Part shown: one piece after another, positions 52,232 through 62,439 of the stretch
Numbering within the stretch: position 1 is the first letter of the stretch
Layout: every line of letters starts with the position of its first letter
Source of the DNA: Candidatus Latescibacterota bacterium
Lineage (GTDB): Bacteria; Latescibacterota; UBA2968
NCBI GenBank assembly: GCA_965204745.1
Contig: OZ242010.1
Coordinates: forward strand, 224,001 to 288,000
Reading direction: 5' to 3'
Length of the DNA stretch: 64,000 nt
Made by a program: the position numbers and the translations under genes
Notes under the pieces: generated by a model
Told to the model about the DNA's origin: nothing
The model's database searches: none
Seen by the model: only the letters and a program-made list of their open reading frames with translations

Positions 52232-52344
52232 ATGACCTCCCGATCCGCTCACTTGTTGGCTCTGGTCGCGTTGGGCATGCTGATGGCATCAGGGCCGGCT
52301 TTTGCCCAAACCGACTACGATACGGACAACGACAACCTGATTGA
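52048..52344 (+). CDS. putative leader ORF containing C18 tract
   Basis: AAGGAGG SD; paralogue of 19066-19371. Confidence 0.45.
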   Translation: MITTIFSRCLNLIWHYVHSAKSGVHIAHSRLGVWFYFIANQSVRMISTVYPPPPPPREERQNDLPIRSLVGSGRVGHADGIRAGFCPNRLRYGQRQPD

Positions 52345-55300
52345 CATCACCTCCTTGGCGCAACTCAATGCCATTCGCTATGACCTCAACGGCGATGGTA
52401 CGGTACCGTAGCCACTACGGATACCATGAACTACAACGCCGCCTTTCCCAACGCCATGTCGGGCATGGGTTGCGCCGCTACCTGCACCGGCTACGAGTTG
52501 ATGAACAACCTGGACTTTGACGAGAACAACGATGACCAGATCACCTCAGCAGACGCCACCTACTGGAACAGCGGTGCCGGTTGGACGCCCATCGGTGTTG
52601 CGTCCACCGGTGCTGCAACCGTCTTCTCTGCCACCTTTGACGGCAATGACAACACCATTTCCAACTTGTTTATCAATTCCAACACCAGCACTGCCACCGG
52701 CGGCGGTTTCGTCGGTCTGTTCGGCGATGTCAGCGGCACGATTAGAGATGTGGGCTTGTTGGACGTGAATATCACCAACACTCGCACTTTCGTTACCACC
52801 GGTTTAAACTTTGGTCGAACCGGTGCCTTGGCGGCTCGCCTCAGTAGCGGCGGCGCGGTGCGCGGGAGCTACGTCGCCGGCGGCTCCGTAACCCACACCA
52901 CCGGCAGTGGCAATGTCGGCTATCTCGGCTGTCTATTGGGCTACGCCACTGCGCCCGTCAGCGATAGCCACGCCACCTGCAATGTGACCGGAGCGAGCGA
53001 CCTCACGATTTACTTAGGCGGCCTGATCGGTGGATCCGACGGTAACGTCGACTCCACCTACGCCACTGGGACGGTCACCAAAACCGGCTCCGGTGCCAGC
53101 CTCGGCGGTGGCCTGATCGGTTGGACCACGGGCCGGGTCAGCGTCAGCTACGCGACCGGGAATGTCACCGCCGCCGGCCGCGGCAGAGCGGGCGGCCTGA
53201 TAGGTTTTATGCAGGGTCCCAGCTACGCCAACTACGCGACCGGGAACGTTTCCGGCACCGGCACCGGTGACGGTTCCACCAACATCCAAAGCCTCAGAAT
53301 GGGCGGCCTGATCGGATCGATGGATCTCGGTAGTGGCGAATACCTGCGCTCCAGCTACGCAACCGGGAACGTTTCCGGCACCGGCTCCGGCGTCAAAGCG
53401 GGCGGCCTGATAGGTCAAGTGCAGGTCACTGACGCCAACTCGATAAGCGCCGTCTATGCTATCGGCGCTGTTTCCAACATCAGCACCGGCACCACAGCCA
53501 CCGGCGGCTTGGCGGGACAACAGACGGGTTCAGCCAACCCGATGACCAACAGCTACTGGGACAGACAAACCACCGGGCAGACCACCACCGCTGGCACCAG
53601 TAGTAGCACCACTGGCGCTCAAACCACCAGCGCACTCCAAACCCCCACAGGCTATACCGGCATCTACACCACCTGGAACCAGAATCTGGACGGGCAAACG
53701 GGCAACGACGATCCGTGGTACTTTGGCGCGACGAATCAGTACCCCGTGTTGAAGTATGCCGGCCTGGACACCACCGCGCAATTTACGTTGCAACCGCCGG
53801 GCAGGCCGGTTGTGGCAGTGACGTCCAATGGGGACACTTTGTACGTGGGCTGGAGTGCGGCGAGTCAAGCGACGGGATACACCGTGCAGTGGAAATCCGG
53901 CATGCAAAGCTACGACGCCTCGCGTCAGGCCACCACCACGGCTACGCGCTACAAGATTCCCTTGACGACGGGGACGACCTACACAGTACGTGTCCTTGCC
54001 ACCAAGACCGGTGCGCGCAACACAGCTTCGGTCGAGGTCATGCGCGCTCCAGGCCTCACCAATTACGATACCGATGGCGATGGCCTCATCGCTATCACCA
54101 CGCTAGCTCAGCTCAACGCCATTCGCCACGACCTAAACGGCAATGGCGACGCTACCCACGCCGATTATGACGCTGCCTTTCCCGGCTGCGACACCAGCAG
54201 CAGCGCCCGCATGGGCTGCCTCTCGGGATGCACCGGCTACGAACTGCTCAGCGACCTGGACTTTGACGAGAACAACGACGGCGCAATCACCTTAGCAGAC
54301 GCCACCTACTGGAATAACGGCGCAGGCTGGATGCCCATCGGAACCGACGCCGACACAAACGCTCCATACACAAGCCAATACCACGCCGTTTTCAAAGGCA
54401 ACGGCTACACCATCAACAACCTATACATCAGCCGCCCCAGCACTAACGACGTCGGGCTGTTCGGCGCAATTTCCTCCCCCGGCCGCATCGAGACCTTGGG
54501 CGTAATCAACGCCGACGTTACGGCGCAGTATTGGGTCGGCATTCTGGCAGGCACCATTCGCGGCGACGGCGATATTGTCGCCAGTTACACCACCGGCGAG
54601 GTTGCCGGCACCCAAAATGTTGGTGGATTAGTCGGCTACATGTTAGAAACAGGACCAGGAATCCACTCCAGCTACTCTACAGCATCCGTCAGCGGCAATC
54701 TGAACGTCGGCGGTCTATTGGGCCGCCAGGACAGCGGCGGCTCTATAACAAACTCATACTCCACCGGCAGGATTAGCGGCACCGGAAGCTCTCCCGTCCA
54801 AATCGGCGGACTATTAGGCCTCGGTAACCTGGGAAGCGTCGTGTCCAACAGCTACTGGGACACCTCCACCAGCGGGACTACCTCTAGCGAAGGCGGCACG
54901 GGCAAGACGACCCGCGAGCTCCTAAGCCCCACCACCTACGGTGCCACCAGTAGCGATCCCTACTACAACTGGAACGCCAACCTCGACGGACAAGCCGGCA
55001 ACGACGATCCGTGGACCTTTGGCGCGATGGATCAGTATCCGGTCTTGAAGTATGCCGGCATGGACACCACCGTGCAATTTCAGCTCCAACCTGCGGTCGT
55101 GACATTGGCACTGACGCCTTCGTCGATCTCGGAAAGCGGTGGGATGAGCACCGTGACCGCGACGCTGACACGGTCATGGAGTACGGCGACGACGATCACG
55201 GTGCGTCCTGTGGCCGGTGCTTACACGGTGGGGATGGATTCGACGATCACCATCGCGGCCGGGAGCACGGCGAACGCGTCGGACACGGTGGTCATCACAG

Positions 55301-56466
55301 CGGTGGACAATACCCAAGACGCGCCTAATCGCGACGTGACCGTGACCGTTGTATCAGACAACGACCAGGGCAGTGTGGTCCTCCCGACCGAGATAACGAT
55401 CATCGATGATGACGCGCCGCCGAGGCTCTCGATCAGTTCGCCGAGTGCGGTTGAGGGCACTGCCCTGACGTTCACCGTTAGATTGAATGCAGTGAGCGAC
55501 AAGGCGGTGACGGTGGCGTATGCAGACGCGGGCACGGGCACCGCGACTTCGGGTACCGATTACACCGCACTTACCGCAGGGACCCTGACCTTTGCGGCAG
55601 GCGTGACCAGCCAGACCATCGCTGTTTCTGTGACCGGCGACACGGATAATGAGCAGAACGAGACCGTGATCGTGACGCTGAGCAGTGCGACCAATGCGAC
55701 CATAAGCACGGCGCAAGGCACAGGGACGATTATCGATGACGATGGCATGCCTGCGCTGAGTATCGGTTCGCCCAGCGTGATTGAAGGCGCGACCGGCGCG
55801 ACCCTGACCTTTCAGGTGTACCTACGCCCAGCGCACACGGCACAAGTGACGGTGGCGTATGCAGACGCGGGCACGGGCACCGCGACTTCGGGAACCGATT
55901 ACACCGCGCTTACCGCAGGGACCCTGACCTTCGCGGCGAGCGATACCATCCAGACCATCCCTGTTTCTGTGACCGACGACTCGGATGATGAGCAGAACGA
56001 GACCGTGATCGTGACGCTGAGCAGTGCGACCAATGCGACCATAAGCACGGCGCAAGGCACAGGGACGATTATCGATGACGAAACCCCGAGTGCCAACTTG
56101 GATGTGGATGGCGATGGCCGGGTGAGATTGTTCTCGGATATAATCTTGGTCATTCGATACGTCCTCTTCTTCCGGAACGAGGCCCTCCTCAGAGGGAACG
56201 TCATCGAGCCAACTGCCACGCGCACGACCGCTCAAGACATTGAACCCTACCTCGACACGTTGGTCAATCAGAACATTCTCGATGTGGATGGCGATGGCGA
56301 TGTGAGGCTGTTCTCGGATATAATCCTGATCATTCGATACGTCCTCTTCTTCCGGAACGAGGCCCTCCTCAGAGGGAACGTCATCGAGCAAAATGCTACG
56401 CGCACGACCGCTCAAGCCATTGAACCCTACATTCGAAGCCTCTATCCCGCCTCCCACTTCCAATGA
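52232..56466 (+). pseudogene. paralogous surface protein (2 GLUG modules, FN3-like, Calx-beta, DVDGDG domain), frameshifted by GGTAC duplication at 52397-52406
   Basis: Signal-peptide frame stops at 52411; removing 5 bp rejoins it to the 52426-56466 ORF and restores alignment with locus A. Confidence 0.85.
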
Positions 56467-56654
56467 AAGCCTGTTCCCTGACCGCCACAGATGAAGATGG
56501 CGATGAGGCGACCTTGATGTTCACCCTCTCTGTGATGGTTGATCCGATGCCGACCTTCGGCGATACGAGTGTGGATACACTGGCCTATACGCGGAAGCAA
56601 GAGATCGAATCCCTTTTCCTCATCTTCGCCGCCGGCTTTGGCTCGACAGGCTGA
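56463..56654 (+). pseudogene. remnant ORF (Ig-like fragment + end of dockerin-like tail)
   Basis: Shares start MKAxSLTATD and end FLIFxAxFGSTG with 11350-11550. Confidence 0.6.
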
Positions 56655-56670
56655 ACGACGAAAGACGAAA

Positions 56671-56715
56671 AAAAAGTAAAGCCCGGGTTCACAGCGAACT
56701 CGGGCTTTACTTTTT
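56671..56715. terminator. intrinsic terminator of locus B
   Basis: AAAAAGTAAAGCCCGGGTTC/GAACTCGGGCTTTACTTTTT. Confidence 0.85.
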
Positions 56716-57150
56716 GGGACCTACCCCCCTGGCCCCCCTTCCTGCGAGGAAGGGGGGAATGGCGAGAGGTTTTCCGAGGGAATGGCGAGAGGTTTTTTGG
56801 GGTTCATTGATCCATTCGCTCAAAGCCATCAAAACAGGCCTGGATGCAAACCTTTCAGAAAGCCATGCGCTCCCCCTTTCCTCGTAGGCACAGGCGTAGC
56901 CTACAATGAGCGAAGCGAATAACGGGGGCCGGGGGGATAGGGCTATGGCGGTAGGGCGGTGGGTGGTAATCCGTGCAATCCGCGTAATCCGTTTAATCCG
57001 AGATTCAGACACGGTGGGGTGGGGAGGAAGGGCACGCATGGGTGGCAGGGAGGACGAAGCGGCGGTTGGGCGTTGGGTTGCCCTCTCGCCTCTTACCTCT
57101 CCCGTCTTACCTCTCCCGTCTTACCTCTCACCGAAGGGAGTTGGGCGGGG
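56716..57150. repeat. composite palindromic repeat block plus TCTTACC/TCTCCCG heptamers and TTGGGCGGGG core
   Basis: Similar to 19790-20040; heptamers at 57083-57130. Confidence 0.8.
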
Positions 57151-57165
57151 TGGCCGCGCCGCCCA

Positions 57166-57588
57166 CTACCACAAATGCACAAACACAGCGGGACGCACTT
57201 TTTGGCCGGTTGTCCCAGCGGACAGGAGCGAGTCCGCGTACGCCGCGTCATTGACCATCTGCTCGCGGCTGCCGCCTTTTAGGAACAAGTGTAAATTTTG
57301 ATCGGGTTTTGCGACCAAGCCCGCAACGGTTTTGCGAAACTCGCCCGGTGCCAATTCGCGCTTGGCAGACCGACCGTCTTCTGAAAACGCCAGCCCTTGG
57401 GCCGTGTATAAAATGACCACATCGCCGGGCTTGGGGTCGTGGTGGTGGACGCGCCACACGGGTTGCGACACGTTCAAAATCATGATGCCCAAGCAGAGCA
57501 TCAACATCATAATTCCCAAAAACAACTCTTTGCTCACGTCGTGCGCTTCGGCATCGGATACCGCGCGGTGTAAAAATCGTTGTCTCAT
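57166..57588 (-). CDS. divergent ExbD/TolR-like single-pass protein
   Basis: One TM + small periplasmic domain, downstream of ExbB-like gene. Confidence 0.5.
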   Translation of the reverse strand: MRQRFLHRAVSDAEAHDVSKELFLGIMMLMLCLGIMILNVSQPVWRVHHHDPKPGDVVILYTAQGLAFSEDGRSAKRELAPGEFRKTVAGLVAKPDQNLHLFLKGGSREQMVNDAAYADSLLSAGTTGQKVRPAVFVHLW

Positions 57589-58343
57589 GACCTGTTCTCC
57601 CCATCGCGCATGCCCAGCCAGTCGCGTTCCAAATCGGACATGCGCCGCAGCAACTCATCGTAGCCCTTGCGGAGCGGCAGATAGGCCAAGAGCGCGACGA
57701 GGGTGGTTTGAAATGCGAGCACCAATCCCCCCGCCATATCGCGCAACACTTTGAACGTTTCGGTGGCTTCGTCCAAGCGGGTCAGTTCTTCGGCCATCAG
57801 CAAGATGCCGCAAACAGTGCCCAAATACCCGTAAAACGGAATGCGGCTCAAGGCGCGTTGCGATGCCAATACCCGGTCGCCGAACGCGGCGATCAGGTCG
57901 TCTAAGGCGTCGTCGTCTCGCGCTTTGCGATCCGCGTAATTCTCGCGGCTGTGGTGGAACGCATCCACCTGTTGCTGCCGCTGTGCGGTCAACGCCCCGG
58001 CGCCTCGTTTTTCCATGTCTATCCGCTGATAGAAGTGAATCAGCGCGACCACATGCGTTGCGGAACTGCCCAAGATGAGCGCGTAAGCCGCCCGCCCGAC
58101 CCACTCGACCCAGCCCCCTGCGGGTGGGGCAAAAAAGTAAAAGTAGATGATCATGCCCGCCATGCCCGCGCCTGCCAAACCGCCGACAACAGGCCCAAGC
58201 CACGGTGACGCGGGCGGGGCGTACTGTTTTTCGCTTCGACAAACAGCATCTGCGTACTGCCTCAAAATCAGCGCGCCTGCCACCGCACACACGGCAAAAA
58301 AGAGAACCGCAGATACCATCTCGGCCCAGTGCAATCCGCCCAT
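57585..58343 (-). CDS. MotA/TolQ/ExbB proton-channel family protein
   Basis: IPFYGYLGTVCGI, GGLVLAFQTTLVAL. Confidence 0.75.
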   Translation of the reverse strand: MGGLHWAEMVSAVLFFAVCAVAGALILRQYADAVCRSEKQYAPPASPWLGPVVGGLAGAGMAGMIIYFYFFAPPAGGWVEWVGRAAYALILGSSATHVVALIHFYQRIDMEKRGAGALTAQRQQQVDAFHHSRENYADRKARDDDALDDLIAAFGDRVLASQRALSRIPFYGYLGTVCGILLMAEELTRLDEATETFKVLRDMAGGLVLAFQTTLVALLAYLPLRKGYDELLRRMSDLERDWLGMRDGENRS

Positions 58344-59536
58344 CAACCGCGCCCTCCGGTGAACAATTGACGACGTGTGATGACGTATAACGAGAGTCCC
58401 AACGCCAATGTCGGCAACAACAACCCCAATCGCGTGGCCCGGCCACTCGCGCCAGCGCGTCCCTCTCTCGGTTGGACCTTGGCCCCGCGGTCATCGCGTT
58501 TGCTATCGCGTTTGCCTGCCCCCCCGCGATCTTCGGGTGGGCGATAGGCTCGTTGGCGGGTGCCAGGGGTGTCCAAGACGGGTTTGCCATCGGATAAATT
58601 TGCCGCGCGTTCGCCCTTGAGTGCGCGAGGGGTTGGATAGATCAAGTGTCGTTGTTCTGCGGGCAGGTTCTCCGACCACGTCCGCAGTTTTTGTGCTTCG
58701 GGGGCCGATATGTCTTCGGTCAAGGGTGCGATTTTTCCCAATGTCAGGGCGGCTGATCGGCCGCGGTCTCGGTTGTAAAGCGGCACGTCGAGGTCGCGTT
58801 GTCGCGCCAAGGTCGCCGCGATGGTTTCCCGCCGGGCCTGCAAGGTGGCGATTTGTTGCGCGTAGTTGTGATAGTCCATTTCGCGTTGCCGCGCCGTTGT
58901 GGTACCTACGGATCGCGCCAATGCGCGGTCTATCGCCCCCATGTCAAAGGCGGTGCTCAGGTTCACAATCCCAAATGGGTGATCGCCCCAAATCGGCTCG
59001 GCGGCGGGAATGTCCGGCAGGGGATGGGCATAGACGATTTCCGATGCCTGCCCGGCATCTGCTTCCCACGCCGCGTTGGAAACCGCGATGGGGTACAACG
59101 CGCCCGCGGCGTCCTTGAGGTACAACCCGCCCAAAAAGCAACTTTCGACCCAATCCGTGTCCCAACATCGCACGCGCAAGCGGTTTTGTTCGTGAAAATA
59201 CAGGTCTGGGATGGACACTTCTACGGGCGTCAACCGGGTCTCGCCCACGGGAAAACCATTGAGCCAAACGCGGGCTTCGTCGTCTGCCCAGAAGATCATC
59301 ACAGCGGTCATACCCTCGGGCAAGACGCGATCCGGACGCGCTTCGGGCAGTTTGCCCAGCACATCGGCATCGGAGACGCGCATCAGGCTCACCAAGCTAT
59401 CTATGGCGGCGGACGCGTCGTTATACGCCCGGCGCAGGGCGAGTGTGTCGGCGTTTGCATGGGTGAAAAACAAAAGCAACCCCATAAGACCGCAACACAA
59501 CGCGTTAGTAATCCGCAAAGGCGCCGTCATCTTCAT
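58343..59536 (-). CDS. exported hypothetical protein with beta-sandwich-like segment
   Basis: Signal peptide, WADDEARVWLNG motif, C-terminal hydrophobic segment; start 59536 or 59530. Confidence 0.6.
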   Translation of the reverse strand: MKMTAPLRITNALCCGLMGLLLFFTHANADTLALRRAYNDASAAIDSLVSLMRVSDADVLGKLPEARPDRVLPEGMTAVMIFWADDEARVWLNGFPVGETRLTPVEVSIPDLYFHEQNRLRVRCWDTDWVESCFLGGLYLKDAAGALYPIAVSNAAWEADAGQASEIVYAHPLPDIPAAEPIWGDHPFGIVNLSTAFDMGAIDRALARSVGTTTARQREMDYHNYAQQIATLQARRETIAATLARQRDLDVPLYNRDRGRSAALTLGKIAPLTEDISAPEAQKLRTWSENLPAEQRHLIYPTPRALKGERAANLSDGKPVLDTPGTRQRAYRPPEDRGGAGKRDSKRDDRGAKVQPREGRAGASGRATRLGLLLPTLALGLSLYVITRRQLFTGGRG

Positions 59537-60629
59537 GCCAGAACATCCCGCGTAGGCGATGGGATTCATCGCGCAGTGCCATGAGTGCGTCCTCGTCCAT
59601 GTCCACGCCCAAGCCCGGTTCGGTGGGCAGTTCGATAAAGCCATCTCGAAACGCCAAGGGGGTGTGGAACAAGCCTTCCCCGCGGTTGTGCCCGCCCTCG
59701 CAGATCAGCAGATTGGGAACGGTCGCCATCACATGGACGGAGGCGGCCACGCCCACCGGCCCCGCGGCATTGTGTGGGGCAATCGCCATGTTGTGGATTT
59801 CGGCCATGCCCGCGATCTTTTTCATTTCCAGCATGCCCCCGCAATGGCGAATGTCGGGTTGCAAAATCGCGCACATTTCCCGCTCGATGAGTTCGCGGAA
59901 CCCCCAGCGCGTCAAGTGCCGTTCGCCCGTGGCAATGGGCACGGTGGTGCTTCGGGACAGGGCCAACAATGCCTCGTTGTTCTCGGGGTGGCACGGCTCT
60001 TCGGCAAACAGCGGGCGCAGTGGCTCTAATTCTTTGACGAGGATGGCGGCCATCGCGGGACTCAAGCGGCGGTGCAAATCGACCGCGATGTCGATGCCAT
60101 CGCCCACGGCATCGCGCACGGCGGCAACGCGGGACACCATGAAGTCGATGGTTTTGGGCGTATCCACAAATCGCACGGGACCGGGCGACGCCCCCATTTT
60201 GACAGCGCGAAAACCAGCGGCGACTTTTCGACATGCGTTTTCCGCACACTCCTCGGGCGTCGTCCCGCCGATGCCGGTGTACACGCGGATGCGGTCGCGC
60301 ACTTTTCCGCCTAGCAATTTCCACACGGGCATGCGGACCCATTTGCCAAATACGTCCCACATTGCCATTTCTATGCCACTGAGCGCGCCGAGCAAGATCG
60401 GCATGCTGCGGCTGTAACTCGACCGGTACATCGCCTGCCAGTGATCCTCGATGTTCAACGGGTCTTTGCCGACCAGATAGGCGGCCATGTCCTCTACGGC
60501 CCGCGCCACCACGCGCCCGTGCTCGTAATTCATCGGCTCGCCATATCCGACCAGGCCTTCATCCGTGAACATTTTCAAAATCATCGCCCGCCCACGAATG
60601 GGGATGGTCTCGAATTTTGTGATTTTCAT
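59505..60629 (-). CDS. dgoD: mandelate racemase/galactonate dehydratase-like enzyme
   Basis: SGIEMAMWD, VDLH, EEP, ATGER, QPD, APHN. Confidence 0.8.
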   Translation of the reverse strand: MKITKFETIPIRGRAMILKMFTDEGLVGYGEPMNYEHGRVVARAVEDMAAYLVGKDPLNIEDHWQAMYRSSYSRSMPILLGALSGIEMAMWDVFGKWVRMPVWKLLGGKVRDRIRVYTGIGGTTPEECAENACRKVAAGFRAVKMGASPGPVRFVDTPKTIDFMVSRVAAVRDAVGDGIDIAVDLHRRLSPAMAAILVKELEPLRPLFAEEPCHPENNEALLALSRSTTVPIATGERHLTRWGFRELIEREMCAILQPDIRHCGGMLEMKKIAGMAEIHNMAIAPHNAAGPVGVAASVHVMATVPNLLICEGGHNRGEGLFHTPLAFRDGFIELPTEPGLGVDMDEDALMALRDESHRLRGMFWHEDDGAFADY

Positions 60630-60640
60630 GGTTGGAATCC

Positions 60641-60745
60641 TTGTCAGTTGTCAGTTGTCAGTTGTCAGTTGTCAGTTGTCAGTTGTCAGTTGTCAGTTGT
60701 CAGTTGTCAGTTGTCAGTTGTCAGTTGTCAGTTGTCAGTTGTCAG
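60641..60745. repeat. (TTGTCAG)15
   Basis: Perfect array. Confidence 0.97.
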
Positions 60746-60770
60746 TCCGCCCCGCCCAACCGCCCTTCGG

Positions 60771-61078
60771 TAAGACGTAAGACGTAAGACGTAAGACGTA
60801 AGACGTAAGACGTAAGACGTAAGACGTAAGACGTAAGACGTAAGACGTAAGACGTAAGACGTAAGACGTAAGACGTAAGACGTAAGACGTAAGACGGGAG
60901 ACGTAAGACGGGAGACGTAAGACGTAAGACGTAAGACGGGAGACGTAAGACGGGAGACGTAAGACGTAAGACGGGAGACGTAAGACGGGAGACGTAAGAC
61001 GTAAGACGTAAGACGTAAGACGGGAGACGTAAGACGGGAGACGTAAGACGTAAGACGGGAGACGTAAGACGGGAGACG
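60771..61078. repeat. 44-unit heptamer array of TAAGACG and GGAGACG
   Basis: Counted directly. Confidence 0.97.
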
Positions 61079-61139
61079 ACCACCCAACCCCCTTCGCTTT
61101 TCGCCTTTCCCCTCTTGTATCTTGGAAGTAAGGGTTAAT

Positions 61140-61315
61140 TAGGAGTTGCGCCCTCGTATCGAGATAAGCCATCTTGATGCCCGGCTCGGGGAAGGCCGGC
61201 CCCTCTTGAAGGCGATGACCTTGTAGGTAAGATAGGCCCCCCGACCGCCGGGTCTATGCCGAAGAGTATCTAAGTCCCTTGAGGCTGCATATACAAGACC
61301 GGTAGACTTGGCGTC
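61140..61315 (+). ncRNA. predicted bridge RNA
   Basis: Guide matches to donor (AGAGTATCT 61263-61271) and target (AGGTAAGATA 61225-61234); closing stem 61246-61256/61303-61313; ends approximate. Confidence 0.75.
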
Positions 61316-61380
61316 AATGGTCGGGATCGAACTCGAGCGCACACCAGACCCCTTACAACCCCTCATCACAGGAGGCCCCC

Positions 61381-62388
61381 ATGTCGAAATCTCAACCCGC
61401 TTTCGCCGGCATTGATGTCAGTGCCCGCACGTTGTCTGTTGCCCTGTCCAGACCCGGACAAGCTGTCATGCAAGCGACCTTTGCCAATGATCCCCAAGCC
61501 CATAAGCGGTTGCTGAAGTGGCTCACCAAGGGCGGGCACATGGTCTCTGTGTGCCTCGAAGCGACCGGGCTTTACAGCTTGGGGGTGGCCTTGGCCTTGC
61601 ATCGGCATCGCCACACAAAGGTCATGGTCGTCAATCCCAAAGCGATGAGCAAGTACGGTCAAGCCCGCATGCAACGAGCCAAGACGGATGCGAAGGATGC
61701 GTTGTTGATCATGGATTATGCCGAGCGCATGCCGTTTGTGCCTTGGCAAGCGCCGAGTGAGCAACGGCTTCAACTGCAAGCCCTCACCAGACGCATTGAC
61801 CAACTCAAGCAGGTGATCATCAGTGAACAGAGCCGCAACCACGCGCAAAGCTACCACATCCTGAGCACACGGCGCATCGCACGCGATATTCAGGTGAATA
61901 TTCGACACCTCAAACGCCGGATTGCATACTTGGAAGACCAAGCCCTCGATCTCGTTTTGCACGATGAGACCCTCAAGCGCGCCTACCAACGCCTCTGCTC
62001 GACGCCTGGCATCGCACAAACGAGCGCCTTGCGGCTCTTGGCCGAGTTGACCCTTTTGCCTGAGGAGATGCAACCGCCCCAGTGGGTCGCACATGCAGGC
62101 CTGGATCCCAAACCCAAACAATCCGGAACCGCCAACCCACAAAGACGCATCTCGAAAACCGGGAATAAGTACCTCCGCCATGCCCTCTATATGCCTGCCT
62201 GGGTGGCCATCAGACACGAAGTCCATGTCAAAGCCTTCTATGACCAACTCATTGCCCGCGGCAAGAAACCTTTGCAGGCTATCGTTGCGGTGATGCGAAA
62301 GTTGCTCCATTCAATCTGGGGCATGTTGCGGCATGACCAAGATTTTGAGGGCGAGAAATTCTATCGAATCGCCCCGCAATCCCCTTGA
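61381..62388 (+). CDS. IS110 DEDD recombinase
   Basis: GIDVS, CLEATG, KTDAKDA, QSG, AVMRKL. Confidence 0.95.
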   Translation: MSKSQPAFAGIDVSARTLSVALSRPGQAVMQATFANDPQAHKRLLKWLTKGGHMVSVCLEATGLYSLGVALALHRHRHTKVMVVNPKAMSKYGQARMQRAKTDAKDALLIMDYAERMPFVPWQAPSEQRLQLQALTRRIDQLKQVIISEQSRNHAQSYHILSTRRIARDIQVNIRHLKRRIAYLEDQALDLVLHDETLKRAYQRLCSTPGIAQTSALRLLAELTLLPEEMQPPQWVAHAGLDPKPKQSGTANPQRRISKTGNKYLRHALYMPAWVAIRHEVHVKAFYDQLIARGKKPLQAIVAVMRKLLHSIWGMLRHDQDFEGEKFYRIAPQSP

Positions 62389-62439
62389 CCTTTAAGAGAG
62401 TATCTTACCTCTTGCCTCTTACCTCTTACCTCTTGCCTC

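Larger units (their letters stand above)
61123..62405 (+). mobile_element. IS110-family (IS621-like) insertion sequence, CT core, no terminal inverted repeats
   Basis: Junctions CTTGTAT-CT|TGGAA and AGAGTAT-CT|TACCT; long non-coding left end. Confidence 0.9.

Noticed and set aside
60641-61078. CRISPR array
   Set aside because: Contiguous 7-mers without unique spacers; no cas genes
60728-61172. ORFs with RLTSYVL repeats; also 6582-6861 and the SVVSCQL extensions
   Set aside because: Translations of heptamer arrays that lack stops in some frames
62385-62405. Complete circle-junction promoter of the IS110
   Set aside because: TTGACC -35-like hexamer is present but no convincing -10 at 16-18 nt in the joined left end
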